A model generated the notes under the pieces. That model saw nothing but the letters and a program-made list of their open reading frames with translations, was not told the origin of the DNA and did no database searches. 64,000 nt of DNA from Candidatus Oxydemutator sp. (GTDB lineage: Bacteria; Pseudomonadota; Gammaproteobacteria; Poriferisulfidales; Oxydemutatoraceae): the NCBI GenBank assembly GCA_965203445.1, contig OZ241883.1:1888001-1952000 (forward strand), written 5' to 3'. Each line of letters begins with the position of its first letter. The stretch's first letter is position 1. A program made the translations under genes and the position numbers. Of the stretch, positions 27,025-38,971 are shown piece after piece.

Positions 27025-28697
27025 CAGTCGGTAACGGCGCCTTCGGAGGCCGGGCGGACGAGCCTTGCGTACTTGGCGAGCGCGCCGCGGGCGTAGCGCG
27101 GCTTCGGCGGTTTCCAGCGCGCCAGACGCCGCCGGATTTCCGCCGCCGGCAGTTTCAGGTCGAGCTCGCGCTTGACCGCGTCTATCGTGATCGGGTCGTC
27201 GTCGCGCACGATTGCGAGCGGGCCGCCGGTCGCCGCCTCCGGCGTGACGTGCCCGACGACGAAGCCGTGGCTGCCGCCGGAAAAGCGCCCGTCGGTGATC
27301 AGCGCGACGTCGCGCCCCAGGCCCTTGCCCATGATGGCCGAGGTCGGCGCCAGCATCTCGCGCATACCGGGGCCGCCCACCGGGCCTTCACAGCGGATTA
27401 CGACGACGTGGCCTTTTTTGATCGCGCCTTTGAGGATGCTTTTCATCGCCGCCTCCTCGGACGCGAAGACGCGCGCCTTGCCGGTAAAACGCAGTCCCTC
27501 CTTGCCGGTAATTTTGGCGACCGCCCCCTGCGGCGCCAGATTGCCGCGCAATATCACGAGATGGCCATCGGCCTTGATCGGGTCGTCAAACGACCGGATG
27601 ATGCGCTGCCTGGCGGGGTAGGGCGGCGTTTTCGCAAGGTCGCGCGCGAGCGTTTTGCCGGTCACGGTGAGGCAGTCGCCGTGCAGCAGCCCGCGGTCCA
27701 GCAACTGCTTCATCAGCGGGCGGATGCCGCCGATGCGCACCAGCTCGGACATCCAGTAGCGCCCGCTCGGGCGCAGATCGGCCAGCACCGGCACGCGCGC
27801 GCCGATGCGCGCAAAGTCGTCCAACGACAGCGCCACGCCGCATGCGTGCGCCATCGCCAGCAGGTGCAGCACCGCGTTGGTCGAGCCGCCGAGCGCGGTT
27901 ACGACCGTGATCGCGTTCTCAAACGCCTGCGCGGTCATGACGTCGCGTGGCAGTATCTGTTTCCTGACCAGGTTCACGACCATGCGTCCGGCCTCGGCGC
28001 AGTCGCGCGCCTTGTTGCGCGACACTGCGTTTTGGGCCGAACTGCCGGGCGCGCTCATGCCCATGGCCTCGATGGCCGACGCCATCGTGTTGGCGGTGTA
28101 CATGCCGCCGCACGAACCGGGCCCCGGAATCGCGCCGGCCTCGATGTCGTTCAATTCGCGCGCGCTGATCAGGCCTTTGCTGCGCGCGCCGACGGCCTCG
28201 AACACCGTGACCACGTCGGCTTTTTTGCCGGCGGCGCGTCCCGGCAGTATGGTGCCGCCGTAAATGAACACGCCCGGGCGATTCAGGCGCGCCAACGCGA
28301 TCATGCAGCCCGGCATGTTCTTGTCGCAGCCGCCGATCGCGACGACGCCGTCGAAGCCCTCGCAGGCGACGACCGCCTCTATCGAGTCGGCGATGATCTC
28401 GCGCGATACCAGCGAGTATTTCATGCCCTCGGTGCCCATCGAGATGCCGTCGGAGACGGTGATCGTATTGAACACGACGGCCTTGCCGCCGGCGCGGTCT
28501 ATCGCGCGCGCGCTCTTGTCGGCCAGGCCGTCTATGTGCACGTTGCACGGCGTGACCTCGCTCCAGGTCGAGGCGACGCCGATTTGCGGCTTCTTGAAGT
28601 CGGCGCCGGTGAAGCCGACGGCGCGCAGCATCGCGCGACTCGGCGCGCGCTCGAGGCCGTCGACCACGGCGGCGGAATATTTGCGGGCTTTGTTCAT
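27024..28697 (-). CDS. ilvD: Dihydroxy-acid dehydratase
   Basis: [31 protein letters not shown]. Confidence 0.97.
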   Translation of the reverse strand: MNKARKYSAAVVDGLERAPSRAMLRAVGFTGADFKKPQIGVASTWSEVTPCNVHIDGLADKSARAIDRAGGKAVVFNTITVSDGISMGTEGMKYSLVSREIIADSIEAVVACEGFDGVVAIGGCDKNMPGCMIALARLNRPGVFIYGGTILPGRAAGKKADVVTVFEAVGARSKGLISARELNDIEAGAIPGPGSCGGMYTANTMASAIEAMGMSAPGSSAQNAVSRNKARDCAEAGRMVVNLVRKQILPRDVMTAQAFENAITVVTALGGSTNAVLHLLAMAHACGVALSLDDFARIGARVPVLADLRPSGRYWMSELVRIGGIRPLMKQLLDRGLLHGDCLTVTGKTLARDLAKTPPYPARQRIIRSFDDPIKADGHLVILRGNLAPQGAVAKITGKEGLRFTGKARVFASEEAAMKSILKGAIKKGHVVVIRCEGPVGGPGMREMLAPTSAIMGKGLGRDVALITDGRFSGGSHGFVVGHVTPEAATGGPLAIVRDDDPITIDAVKRELDLKLPAAEIRRRLARWKPPKPRYARGALAKYARLVRPASEGAVTD

Positions 28698-28924
28698 CGG
28701 TCGCTTGCGGGAGGCGATTATAACCGCAACGCCCGTGGGCGACCTTTCCTCTGAATCAGGGCCGCGGTCATTGAGAGAGACTCCATTGTATCAGGCCGCT
28801 TTCTCCGGCAAATACGGCCGCCGCAACACGGCCCGACGAACTATGCGGCCTGAGGTGATGGCAGGGATGACGCCGCAATGATGGGAAATCTCACGTGGCG
28901 TGGTCCTGAATTATGGGGCATAGG

Positions 28925-30100
<1,176 letters not shown>

Positions 30101-30163
30101 CGGGATTCGGATCGGATGGGCATCTTGGATGTTCGGGCATGGTGGCTTTTGCGCGCGATCTTA

Positions 30164-30193
30164 TCAATCAAAGGCGAGTCAATCAAAGGCGAG
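30164..30193. repeat. Perfect 15-bp tandem duplication of the egtB 3' end
   Basis: TCAATCAAAGGCGAG at 30164-30178 and 30179-30193. Confidence 0.92.
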
Positions 30194-31318
30194 GCGTAGC
30201 CCGGAGAAGATGTGGCGCTTTTCGGGCGTGTGGAAGTTTCTGAAGCTCAGGCGCGTGCAGTCGCCCTCGCTGAAGGCGCTGGCGCCGCGCAGCACGTAGT
30301 GCGCGCCGTCGAACCACGGCGTCGAGTATTCGTCGTACGGAAAGGCGCGAAAGCCTTCGTAGGGGTGAAAGGCGTTCGCGCACCATTCCCAGGCTTGCGT
30401 GTTCTTATCGAGCAGTCCCTGCGCACCCGCGGTCTCCCATTCATATTCGCACGGCAGCCGCGCGCCCGCGTAGCGGCTGAAGGCGCGCGCCTCGAAATGG
30501 CTGAGGCCGCGCACTGGAGCCTCGGGGTCGAGCGCGCGCGCACCAAAGCAGGTAATCTCGAACCAGCCGCCGTCGCGCGCGCGCCGCCAACCGTCGGGCG
30601 CGCGGCATCCGAGCGCGCGCCGCCAGCGCAGTCCCGCGGCGTCCCAGTGCCGGTCCCGCCGGTAGCCGCCGTCTTCGATAAAGCCCAGATACTCGGCGTT
30701 GGCGACGGCGTCGCGCGCAATCGCAAAAGACTTCATCCTTTTCCCGTGGCGCGGCAGTTCGTTGTCGAACGACCAGTCGTCAACACCGCCGATTTCGTAT
30801 TCGCCCGCGGCCACGTGCACGGCTTCGCGCCGCACCGGAGCGGCCTGCGTGAGTCCGCGCGCGTGGTCGCGCTGCCTGCACAGCCTGAGTTGGCGCTGCG
30901 TCAGCACCATGCGCATCGTCTCGACGTGCTGGGCGTGGTGCTGCACCAGAAATTTCAGCAGGTAGTCGTCGGTGCCCGCCGGTTGCTTGTGCGGCGTTTG
31001 CAACAGGCGGACGTTGGCGCGCTGGCGCCGTCGCGCGTCGTCCACGAGTGCTATCTTTTCCGGCAGCCGCGCACCGCGCTCGGCCTTGATACTGTTTTCC
31101 GGGACGTAGAGCGCGTGCTCCCCGTCGCGCAACGTTTCCTTGTGCAGCCAGAAATCCTCGACAAAAATCGTATGGCCGACGTGCCAGCCGATGGGGCTTA
31201 AGTCCACGTGGTACTGCTCGCGGCATTCGGCGTCGCCGAGCGGTGCGATCAGCGCGAGGATGGTTTCCTGTAGTCGCCGCAGGCGGCGCACCAGGCGCAC
31301 TGAGGCCGGATCGTTCAT
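30179..31318 (-). CDS. egtB: Ergothioneine sulfoxide synthase (DinB + FGE-sulfatase domains)
   Basis: SPIGWHVGH, iron-binding QHHAQHVE, FDNELPRH, RLPCEYEWE, WEWC; next to egtC and egtD. Confidence 0.85.
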   Translation of the reverse strand: MNDPASVRLVRRLRRLQETILALIAPLGDAECREQYHVDLSPIGWHVGHTIFVEDFWLHKETLRDGEHALYVPENSIKAERGARLPEKIALVDDARRRQRANVRLLQTPHKQPAGTDDYLLKFLVQHHAQHVETMRMVLTQRQLRLCRQRDHARGLTQAAPVRREAVHVAAGEYEIGGVDDWSFDNELPRHGKRMKSFAIARDAVANAEYLGFIEDGGYRRDRHWDAAGLRWRRALGCRAPDGWRRARDGGWFEITCFGARALDPEAPVRGLSHFEARAFSRYAGARLPCEYEWETAGAQGLLDKNTQAWEWCANAFHPYEGFRAFPYDEYSTPWFDGAHYVLRGASAFSEGDCTRLSFRNFHTPEKRHIFSGLRLAFD

Positions 31319-31333
31319 AAGGCGTTCATAAGG
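31312..31333. repeat. Perfect 11-bp tandem duplication at the egtC stop / egtB start
   Basis: CGTTCATAAGG at 31312-31322 and 31323-31333. Confidence 0.9.
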
Positions 31334-32093
31334 GCGTCACTACGGGATCGGAGTCGCGCGTTACGACCAGCACCGACGCGGCGGGCACGGCGCGCCAGTC
31401 TTCCGCCGACGTCAGAGGTTCCGATGCGACCAGCGCGCGCCGGCCGTCGTACAGATGGTAGAGCGACGGGGCGTCATCGTGTAACGCGCAGCGCACGCAG
31501 TACAGCGCGGTGCCGTCGCTTATGATGAAGTTCAGCAGCGCGCGGTCGCCGCCGGCGTGCCGCTCGATCCAGGCGACGGTGCGTCGCAGAGAGTCGGCGA
31601 CGCCGTCGCCGGGGTGGTCGCGGCGCATCTGGCGCAACAGTGCGAACAGGTATTCCGAATCGGTCAGGCCGCGCACCGCCGCCTCCACGTCGGCGTCGAG
31701 CTTCCCGAGCAGCGACGCGCGCAAGCCGCGCTGGAAGTTTTCGACGAAGCCGTTGTGCAGAAACAGCAGCGACTCGTCGTGGAACGGTTGCGTGTTGTGC
31801 CGGTCGTTGGCGTAGCCCGGGGTCGCGCTGCGTACCATCGCAAGCCAGAGGTCGCGGCGCAACGTGCGCGCGAGGCTTTCGAGATTGGCGTCGGCCCAGA
31901 TCGGCGCCGGGCTGCGGTACGCGGCGGGACGGCCGTTCTCCAGATACCAGCCGAAACCGAAGCCGTCGGCGTTCAGTTTCGCGTAGGCAAGCTCGCGCGG
32001 TTGCCACGACTGGATGTAAAGGCTATGCTCAGGTTCGAGCAATAACTCCTTGAGTAAAAGAGGTTTTCCGAGGTAGGCAGCGAGGCGGCACAT
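31326..32093 (-). CDS. egtC: EgtC-like class II glutamine amidotransferase (Ntn hydrolase)
   Basis: N-terminal MCRLAAYLG, HSLYIQS, NADGFGFGWY, VRSAT, HNG, TDSE, ASEPL. Confidence 0.9.
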   Translation of the reverse strand: MCRLAAYLGKPLLLKELLLEPEHSLYIQSWQPRELAYAKLNADGFGFGWYLENGRPAAYRSPAPIWADANLESLARTLRRDLWLAMVRSATPGYANDRHNTQPFHDESLLFLHNGFVENFQRGLRASLLGKLDADVEAAVRGLTDSEYLFALLRQMRRDHPGDGVADSLRRTVAWIERHAGGDRALLNFIISDGTALYCVRCALHDDAPSLYHLYDGRRALVASEPLTSAEDWRAVPAASVLVVTRDSDPVVTPL

Positions 32094-32180
32094 GCAACCA
32101 TTATATAGCGGCCGCAAAACGACGTCGCCTGATGCGTGTTATCATAGCTTCGTCGAAGTGCCCGTCAGCGCTCCAAAAAG

Positions 32181-33185
32181 ATGAAGCAGCCAGCCGCCGA
32201 GAAGGAACGGCCTTTTTCGTGTACCGACGTCGAGCCGCGTCTTGCGGTGCGCACGCTGGCGGAAGACGTCCTGGAAGGGCTGTTCAGCACGCCGCGCACG
32301 CTGCCCCCGAAGTACTTCTATGACACCGAGGGTTCGCGCCTTTTCGACCGCATCTGCGACACCGAGGAATACTATCTGACGCGCACCGAGAGCGCCCTGC
32401 TGCGGCAGTGCGCCGACGAGATCGTGCGCCGCGTCCGCCCCGACCACATTATCGAGTTCGGCAGCGGCCTGTCGCGCAAAAGCCGCTTTCTGCTGGACGC
32501 CTGCGCGCGCCAGGGCCTGCGTTGCACCTACTGGCCGATGGACATCTGCCGCGACGTGGTCGAGGAGGCGGGGCGACGGCTGATGGACGAGTATCCGTGG
32601 CTGCGCGTGCGCGCCCTGATCGGGGACTACGGCGCCGGTCTCGGCAACGTCGCTCTGGCCGGCGGCAGACGCCTGGGCGTGTTTCTGGGCAGCACGATAG
32701 GCAATTTCGACGCCGCCGAGGCGGTTCGGTTCTTGACCGACGTGCGCTCGCTGCTGGGCGCCGGCGGCATGCTGCTGTTGGGCGCCGACCGCGTCAAGCG
32801 CACGGCCGTGCTGAACGCGGCCTACGACGACGCCGCCGGCCTGACCGCGCGCTTCAACCGCAACGTGCTGAACGTGTTGAACGGGGAGCTGGGCGCCGAT
32901 TTCGTGTCGGACAATTTCGAGCATCGCGCATTCTTCGACGAGCACCAGAGGCACGTCGAAATGCATCTGGTGGCGGGCACCTCCCAGCGGGTATATTTTG
33001 GATGCCTTGCGCGCTATCTTGAAATGGATGCCGGCGACTCGATCCGCACCGAGACCAGCCGCAAGTTCACCGACGACTGCCTGTCCACGCTGTTCCGGCA
33101 GAGCGGCTTTATCGTCGACAAGCACTACGTGTCGGACGACGATTACTTCTCGGTCGTGCTGGGGTGCGTCGGCGATGTTTCGTGA
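32181..33185 (+). CDS. egtD: L-histidine N-alpha-trimethyltransferase
   Basis: LPPKYFYD, EYYLTRTE, EFGSG, FLGSTIGNF, AYDD, EMHL, IRTETSRKF. Confidence 0.93.
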   Translation: MKQPAAEKERPFSCTDVEPRLAVRTLAEDVLEGLFSTPRTLPPKYFYDTEGSRLFDRICDTEEYYLTRTESALLRQCADEIVRRVRPDHIIEFGSGLSRKSRFLLDACARQGLRCTYWPMDICRDVVEEAGRRLMDEYPWLRVRALIGDYGAGLGNVALAGGRRLGVFLGSTIGNFDAAEAVRFLTDVRSLLGAGGMLLLGADRVKRTAVLNAAYDDAAGLTARFNRNVLNVLNGELGADFVSDNFEHRAFFDEHQRHVEMHLVAGTSQRVYFGCLARYLEMDAGDSIRTETSRKFTDDCLSTLFRQSGFIVDKHYVSDDDYFSVVLGCVGDVS

Positions 33186-33206
33186 CGGAATCCGCAAGGC
33201 GTCCAC

Positions 33207-33905
33207 GTGAGCGCCGCCGAGATCCTGGTGGTGGACGATGAACCGGCGGTCTGCGAAATGCTTTATTTCGCGCTCGGCGGCGAAGGCTATCGCGTAAGCC
33301 GGGCGTTCGACGCCGGCCAGGCGCTCGACAAGATACGCCGCCACGTGCCGGACCTCGTGTTGATAGACTGGATGATGCCCGGCATGAGCGGCGTCGGTCT
33401 GGTGCGCAGCATCCGCGCCAATCCCGCGACGCGCGATCTGCCGATCATCATGGTGACCGCGAAAACCGACGAGGATCATAGAATCGCCGGCCTGTCCGCG
33501 GGTGCCGACGATTACGTGACAAAACCGTTCTTCAAGCGCGAGCTGAGCGCGCGCATCAAGGCCCTGCTGCGGCGCACGAAGCCCCACAAGGGCTTGGAAA
33601 AAGTTGAAAGCGGCGCGCTCTCGCTCGACCCAATCCAGCGTCGCCTGGAGATCGCCGGGCGGCCGGTCGCAATCGGCCCGACCGAGTTCGACCTGTTGCA
33701 TTTTCTGGTGCTCCAGCCGAAACGCGTGTTCACGCGCCGGCGCATACTCGACGCCGTCTGGGGCATAGACAAGTTCGTCGAGGAGCGCACCGTGGACGTC
33801 TCGATCGGCAGGCTGCGCAAGGCGCTGACCGCTTGCGGCTACGCCGGCGCCGTCGTCACCGTGCGCGGCGTCGGCTATTGTTTCCAGCCGCCGACGGCGC
33901 GGTGA
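33207..33905 (+). CDS. phoB: Phosphate regulon response regulator
   Basis: ILVVDDE, LIDWMMPG, GADDYVTKPF, IGPTEF, VEERTVDV; adjacent to phoR and pst genes. Confidence 0.9.
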   Translation: MSAAEILVVDDEPAVCEMLYFALGGEGYRVSRAFDAGQALDKIRRHVPDLVLIDWMMPGMSGVGLVRSIRANPATRDLPIIMVTAKTDEDHRIAGLSAGADDYVTKPFFKRELSARIKALLRRTKPHKGLEKVESGALSLDPIQRRLEIAGRPVAIGPTEFDLLHFLVLQPKRVFTRRRILDAVWGIDKFVEERTVDVSIGRLRKALTACGYAGAVVTVRGVGYCFQPPTAR

Positions 33906-35224
33906 TGCGGGAATTACTGCGCCACGGTCTGCTTCCGCTATCGCTTTTTGTCGCCGCCGGACTGTCGCTCGGCGCGGTTTTCGGCCACGTCGCGGCGTTC
34001 GGATTTCTGGCGCTGCTGCTGTTTTCGCTGCTCCAGCTGCGCCAGCTGTACCGCCTGCGCCAGTGGCTCGCAAAGCGCGCTCCAGTGGCGCCTAGCGGCG
34101 TCGGCGGGCTGTGGTCGAGCGTCTATGCGGCTATCGCCGAATGGCTGCACGAGGGCGGCGGCGAGGAGCAGGGCGCGGTGCGCGACTTGGCGCTCCTCGA
34201 AGAGACGGGGGGCGGGCGCGGCTTGGTGTTGACGCGCGAGGACGGGGACATCGTCTGGTTCAATCGCGCGGCCGCGGCGCTGCTCGGCCTGAAGTCCGAT
34301 CAGGATCGCGGCGCCAACGTTTTCCATCTGATACGCAATCCCGATTTTTTGCGATGCTACTCCGAGGATCGTTTCGGGCACACCGTCGAGATGACGACGT
34401 CGGCGTCGTCTTTTTCCGGCGTTTGCGTGCTGCCGTACGCCCGCCGCCACCGGCTGATTTTGGTGGACGACCTGTCGCGCTTGCAGAAGCTCGAGACGAT
34501 GAACCGCGACTTGATAGCGAACGTCTCGCACGAATTGCGCTCGCCGCTTACGGTCGTGCTGGGTTATCTCGACGTGCTCGACGAGGCCTGCGAGCGCGGC
34601 GTGGACCGGCGCCTCGACGCGGCGCTGGTCAACATGCGCGGGCAGGGCGTGCGCATGCAGCGCATCGTAAGCGATCTGCTCGAACTGAGCGAACTCGACG
34701 TGATGGCGCGCGAACAAGGGGACGCCGACGTCGTCGACATAGGCGGTCTGGCGACGACGCTTGCGCGCGACGTCCGCGAACTCGATCCCGACGGGCACTG
34801 CCGCGTCGTTACGCGCGTCGCCCGTGGTTTCGGCGTTCGCGGCGACCGCGCCAGGCTGCACAGCGCGTTCTCGAACCTGGTCGGCAACGCCGTGCGCTAT
34901 TCCCCGGGCGGCGGCGCGATCACGTTGTCGTGGGAGCGCGACGCCGAAGGCGGCGCCCGTTTTTGCGTCGCCGACGAAGGCGTCGGCATCGAGGCCCACC
35001 ACCTGCCGCGCCTGACCGAGCGCTTCTACCGGGCCGACAAGGATCGTTCGCGCACGACCGGCGGCACCGGTCTCGGCCTGGCCATCGTCAAGCACGTGCT
35101 GAACCGCCACGACGCGAAGTTGGAGATCGCAAGCGCGCCCGGCAAAGGCAGCACGTTCTGCTGTCGTTTCCCGGCGGCGCGCGTGGCCGAGATCGGGGAC
35201 GCCGTCAGCCGAAACGCCCGGTGA
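33905..35224 (+). CDS. phoR: Phosphate regulon sensor kinase
   Basis: N-terminal TM, PAS-like region, [33 protein letters not shown]. Confidence 0.92.
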   Translation: MRELLRHGLLPLSLFVAAGLSLGAVFGHVAAFGFLALLLFSLLQLRQLYRLRQWLAKRAPVAPSGVGGLWSSVYAAIAEWLHEGGGEEQGAVRDLALLEETGGGRGLVLTREDGDIVWFNRAAAALLGLKSDQDRGANVFHLIRNPDFLRCYSEDRFGHTVEMTTSASSFSGVCVLPYARRHRLILVDDLSRLQKLETMNRDLIANVSHELRSPLTVVLGYLDVLDEACERGVDRRLDAALVNMRGQGVRMQRIVSDLLELSELDVMAREQGDADVVDIGGLATTLARDVRELDPDGHCRVVTRVARGFGVRGDRARLHSAFSNLVGNAVRYSPGGGAITLSWERDAEGGARFCVADEGVGIEAHHLPRLTERFYRADKDRSRTTGGTGLGLAIVKHVLNRHDAKLEIASAPGKGSTFCCRFPAARVAEIGDAVSRNAR

Positions 35225-36008
35225 TGTACTGCTCGGTCAGCACGTGGCGCGGGTCGGTAAAGATGGTCTCGGTCTTCTCGACCTCGACGAGGTTGCCCAG
35301 GTGGAAGTAGGCGGTGCGCTGCGACACGCGCGACGCCTGTTGCAGCGAATGGGTGACGATAAGAATCGCGTAGTTTTGCCGTAGTTCGTCTATCAATTCC
35401 TCGATCTTGGCGGTGGCTATCGGATCGAGCGACGAGCACGGTTCGTCCATCAGGATGACTTCCGGGTTGACCGCGATCGCGCGTGCGATGCACAGCCGCT
35501 GTTGCTGACCGCCCGACAGGCCGGTACCCGGCTGGTTCAGGCGTTCTGCGACCTCGTGCAGCAAACCGGCCTTTTCGAGGCTGGTGTGGACGATTTCGTC
35601 GAGTTCGTAGCGGTCCCTGGCGAGGCCGTGGATGCGCGGCCCGTAGGCGACGTTGTCGTAGATGGACTTCGGGAACGGGTTGGGCTTCTGAAACACCATG
35701 CCGACGCGCGCGCGCAACTCTACGGTGTCCATCCTGCGGTCGTAGATGTTCTTGCCGTCGAGGGTCACGGTGCCGCTGACGCGACAGTCCTCTATCGTGT
35801 CGTTCATGCGGTTCAAGCAGCGCAGGAAGGTGGATTTGCCGCAGCCCGACGGCCCGATCATCGCGATGACCTCGTTGTTGGCGATGTCGAGGCTGACGTT
35901 CTTGATCGCATGCTTGTCGCCGTAGTAGACGTTCATGTCGCGCACCTGCATGTATGGATTGGCGACGGCGATGGTGCCGACGGTCTCGATTTTTTCCTGG
36001 CTGTCCAT
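35205..36008 (-). CDS. pstB: Phosphate ABC transporter ATPase
   Basis: [35 protein letters not shown]. Confidence 0.98.
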   Translation of the reverse strand: MDSQEKIETVGTIAVANPYMQVRDMNVYYGDKHAIKNVSLDIANNEVIAMIGPSGCGKSTFLRCLNRMNDTIEDCRVSGTVTLDGKNIYDRRMDTVELRARVGMVFQKPNPFPKSIYDNVAYGPRIHGLARDRYELDEIVHTSLEKAGLLHEVAERLNQPGTGLSGGQQQRLCIARAIAVNPEVILMDEPCSSLDPIATAKIEELIDELRQNYAILIVTHSLQQASRVSQRTAYFHLGNLVEVEKTETIFTDPRHVLTEQYITGRFG

Positions 36009-36041
36009 TCGTTTGTCCGTCCGGTTGCGTTTGGCGCCGGC

Positions 36042-37352
36042 CTACCAGCGGTTCTCGAACGTCTTTCTGAGTATCACCGCGCTCAGGTTCATGACGATCA
36101 AAAACGCCAGCAACACCAGCGTGGCGGCGGCCGCGAGTTCGGTAAAGGAACGTTCGGCCTGGTTCGCCCACAGGTAGATTTGCACCGGCAGGGCGGTCGC
36201 CGGATCGGTGAAATTGCCGGGCACGTCGACGATAAACGCGACCATGCCGATCATCAGCAGCGGTGCACTTTCGCCGAGCGCCTGGGCCATGCCGATGACG
36301 GCGCCGGTCAGGATGCCCGGCATCGCCAGCGGCAGCACGTGGTGGAGTATCGTCTGCGTCGGCGACGCGCCGACGGCCAGCGCGGCCTGGCGTATGGACG
36401 ACGGCACCGCCTTCAGCGCGGCGCGCGCGGCGATGATAATCGTGGGCAGGGTCATCAGCGCGAGCACGATGCCGCCGACCAGCGAGGCCGAGCGCGGCAG
36501 TCCGAAAAAGTTCAGGAACACCGCGAGTCCGAGCAGCCCAAAGATGATCGAGGGCACCGCCGCCAGGTTGTTGATGTTGACCTCGATGAGATCGGTCAGG
36601 CGGTTTTTCGGCGCGAACTCCTCGAGGTAGACGGCGGTCGCGATGCCGATGGGGAAGGACAGCAAAAACGCGACCAACAGCGCGAAGAACGAACCGGTCA
36701 ACGCGCCCAATATGCCCGCCTGCTCGGGTTCCCTGGAATCGCCGCGCGTGAAGAAATTGCGGTTGAGGCGCCGCTCGATCCTGCCGGCGGCCGCCAGTTC
36801 GTCGAGCCACGCGATCTGCTCGTCGGTGACGCGGCGGCTGTCCTGCGCGAGCGCGCGGTCTATCCTGCCTTTGGCGAACAGGTCGGCCTCGTCGTCGGCC
36901 AGCGCGTAGAACGTCACCGCGCCGCGCCCGATCAGCGACGGGTCGGCGGCGATTTGCGCGCGCAGATCGTAGGCGGCGCCGGAACTGACGAGTTTGCGCA
37001 GGGCCTTGCGCTCGCGCCGCGAGCGCGCCTCGGGAAACAGCGCCAGCAGCGAACGGTTGACGAGGGCGCGGTAGTCGGCGCGCTCGAGCGCCTCTTGCGA
37101 GGGCTGCCGCGAGGCGTCGTATCCGGGGAAGTCCTCCGCCGCAAGGACGACGTCGAGACGGAAGAACGTCTGCGAGAAGGCGCCGTGGCCGGCCATGATG
37201 AGCGACGAGAACAGCAACACCACGAACGACAGACCGAGCACGACCGCCGCCAGCCCCACCCTCCGAAAGCGTCTTTCCGCGCGGTAGCGGTGCGCCAGGC
37301 TGGCGCGCACCTTGGTCAAGGTCGGCGTCGCGGCCTTATTCGTATTGTTCAC
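36042..37352 (-). CDS. pstA: Phosphate ABC transporter permease
   Basis: YLEEFAP, NLAAVPSIIFG, AQALGESAPL. Confidence 0.95.
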   Translation of the reverse strand: MNNTNKAATPTLTKVRASLAHRYRAERRFRRVGLAAVVLGLSFVVLLFSSLIMAGHGAFSQTFFRLDVVLAAEDFPGYDASRQPSQEALERADYRALVNRSLLALFPEARSRRERKALRKLVSSGAAYDLRAQIAADPSLIGRGAVTFYALADDEADLFAKGRIDRALAQDSRRVTDEQIAWLDELAAAGRIERRLNRNFFTRGDSREPEQAGILGALTGSFFALLVAFLLSFPIGIATAVYLEEFAPKNRLTDLIEVNINNLAAVPSIIFGLLGLAVFLNFFGLPRSASLVGGIVLALMTLPTIIIAARAALKAVPSSIRQAALAVGASPTQTILHHVLPLAMPGILTGAVIGMAQALGESAPLLMIGMVAFIVDVPGNFTDPATALPVQIYLWANQAERSFTELAAAATLVLLAFLIVMNLSAVILRKTFENRW

Positions 37353-38574
37353 GGTAACGGCGCACGATCTGTAGCGCGATGACGTTCAAGAGCAGGGTGA
37401 TGGCGAACAGCGTCAGGCCCAAGGCGAAGGCGGCCAGGGTCTTGGGGCTGTCGAATTCCTGGTCGCCGGTCAACAGCGAGACGATTTGCACGGTGACGGT
37501 GGTGACCGATTCGAGCGGGTTGGCGGTCAGGCGCGCCGACAGGCCGGCGGCCATGACGACGATCATGGTTTCGCCGATGGCGCGCGAGACCGCGAGCAGC
37601 AGCCCGCCGATGATGCCGGGCAGCGCCGCCGGCAACACCACCTTGCGCACCGTCTCCGAACGCGTCGCGCCGAGCGCGCGGGAACCGTCGCGCAGGCTCT
37701 TGGGGACCGCGACGATGACGTCGTCGGACAGCGAGCAGATGAATGGAATCAGCATGACGCCCATGACCGTGCCCGCGGCCAGCGCGCTTTCGGAGGAACC
37801 GGCGAGGCCGAACGACGTCGCCGCGTCGCGGATCGTCGGCGCCACCCACAACACCGCGAAGAATCCATAGACCACGGTCGGTATGCCGGCCAGAATCTCG
37901 AGCGTCGGCTTGGCGTAAGAGCGGATGCGTTCGTTGGCGTATTCGCCGAGGTAGATCGCGGACATCAGGCCGAGCGGCGCCGCCAGCAGCATCGCGACGA
38001 GCGAGATCAGCAGCGTGCCGGCGAGCAGCGGCACCGCGCCGAAGGCACCGGAGGAACCGACCTGATCCTCGCGGATGGCCATTTGCGGACTCCACTCGAG
38101 ACCGAACAGAAACTCGACGATGGGCACCAAGCCGAAGAACTGCATCGCCTCGAACAGCACCGACAGCACAATGCCTATGGTCGTGAACACCGCGATGGTC
38201 GAGCACGTCAGCAGGCCGTTTTTGATTAGGCGCTCGATGCTCCTGCGCGAGTTGTAGGTCGGGCGCAGGCGGCGCTGGCTGAAGGTGAGCGCAGCGCCCA
38301 GCGTCAACGCGAGCAGCGTGACCAGTCCCAGGTGGCCGCCCGTCTGAAAAGGATTGCGCACGGCGTCGGGCAGGCGCGGCTCGATAATCAGATACAGCAC
38401 CACCACCGACAACGCCGGAAGCGCGCACCACAAAGCCGCGTACCAGCCGTAATAGACCGGGCGCGATTTGCACGCGCCGTGCCCGGATGCAAAGCGGGTC
38501 GCGCGCCAGGACGCAATAGCATAGGCCGCGCCGCTGATTGCGAGGGTGGCGAGTGTGATCTGGGTAAGGTTCAT
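37336..38574 (-). CDS. pstC: Phosphate ABC transporter permease
   Basis: LEILAGIPTVVYG, SRAIGETMIV, GDQEFDS. Confidence 0.95.
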   Translation of the reverse strand: MNLTQITLATLAISGAAYAIASWRATRFASGHGACKSRPVYYGWYAALWCALPALSVVVLYLIIEPRLPDAVRNPFQTGGHLGLVTLLALTLGAALTFSQRRLRPTYNSRRSIERLIKNGLLTCSTIAVFTTIGIVLSVLFEAMQFFGLVPIVEFLFGLEWSPQMAIREDQVGSSGAFGAVPLLAGTLLISLVAMLLAAPLGLMSAIYLGEYANERIRSYAKPTLEILAGIPTVVYGFFAVLWVAPTIRDAATSFGLAGSSESALAAGTVMGVMLIPFICSLSDDVIVAVPKSLRDGSRALGATRSETVRKVVLPAALPGIIGGLLLAVSRAIGETMIVVMAAGLSARLTANPLESVTTVTVQIVSLLTGDQEFDSPKTLAAFALGLTLFAITLLLNVIALQIVRRYREQYE

Positions 38575-38613
38575 CGGGTGAAAAGCCTTATCAGATAAGG
38601 ATAAATAGCAAAT

Positions 38614-38631
38614 ATGTCTTATTTATGACAA
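38614..38631 (-). promoter_or_regulatory. Possible Pho box upstream of pstC
   Basis: TTGTCAT-AAAT-AAGACAT on the minus strand; 11-bp repeat spacing but degenerate second half. Confidence 0.4.
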
Positions 38632-38638
38632 CAGCAAT

Positions 38639-38683
38639 TTGACACCTCATCCAAAACAGTTTAGACTGGTCGCCGACCAATCT
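38639..38683 (+). promoter_or_regulatory. sigma70 promoter and operator of the toxin-antitoxin pair
   Basis: TTGACA (38639-38644), 17 nt, TAGACT (38662-38667); inverted repeat AGACTGGTC-gcc-GACCAATCT overlapping the -10. Confidence 0.7.
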
Positions 38684-38698
38684 GAATGGAGGCAAAAA

Positions 38699-38971
38699 AT
38701 GTCTGAGATCGGTGCTTACGAGGCAAAGACCAATCTTTCACGATTGCTGGACAAGGTGCGCGACGGCGAACAGTTTGTCATTACCCGCCACGGCCAGCCC
38801 GTGGCCGAACTGATTCCCTTCTCGCGCATCGGCGCGGACGCGATGCGCCGCGTCGTTTCCGAGCTGCGCGAGACGCGCTCGGCATTGGCGGATTCCGGCC
38901 TGCGGCTTGGGCAGTTGTTGGGCGAGGGCGAGAGCCTGCGCGACTTGACCCGTCGCGGGCAGCGTTTTTGA
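38699..38971 (+). CDS. Phd/YefM-family antitoxin
   Basis: IGAYEAKTNLSRLL, ITRHGQPVAEL; GGAGG RBS. Confidence 0.9.
   Translation: MSEIGAYEAKTNLSRLLDKVRDGEQFVITRHGQPVAELIPFSRIGADAMRRVVSELRETRSALADSGLRLGQLLGEGESLRDLTRRGQRF

Noticed and set aside
30179-31318. Selenoneine (SenA) or ovothiol (OvoA) synthase alternative
   Set aside because: No senB/selD neighbours and no C-terminal methyltransferase; the egtC and egtD context favours EgtB.
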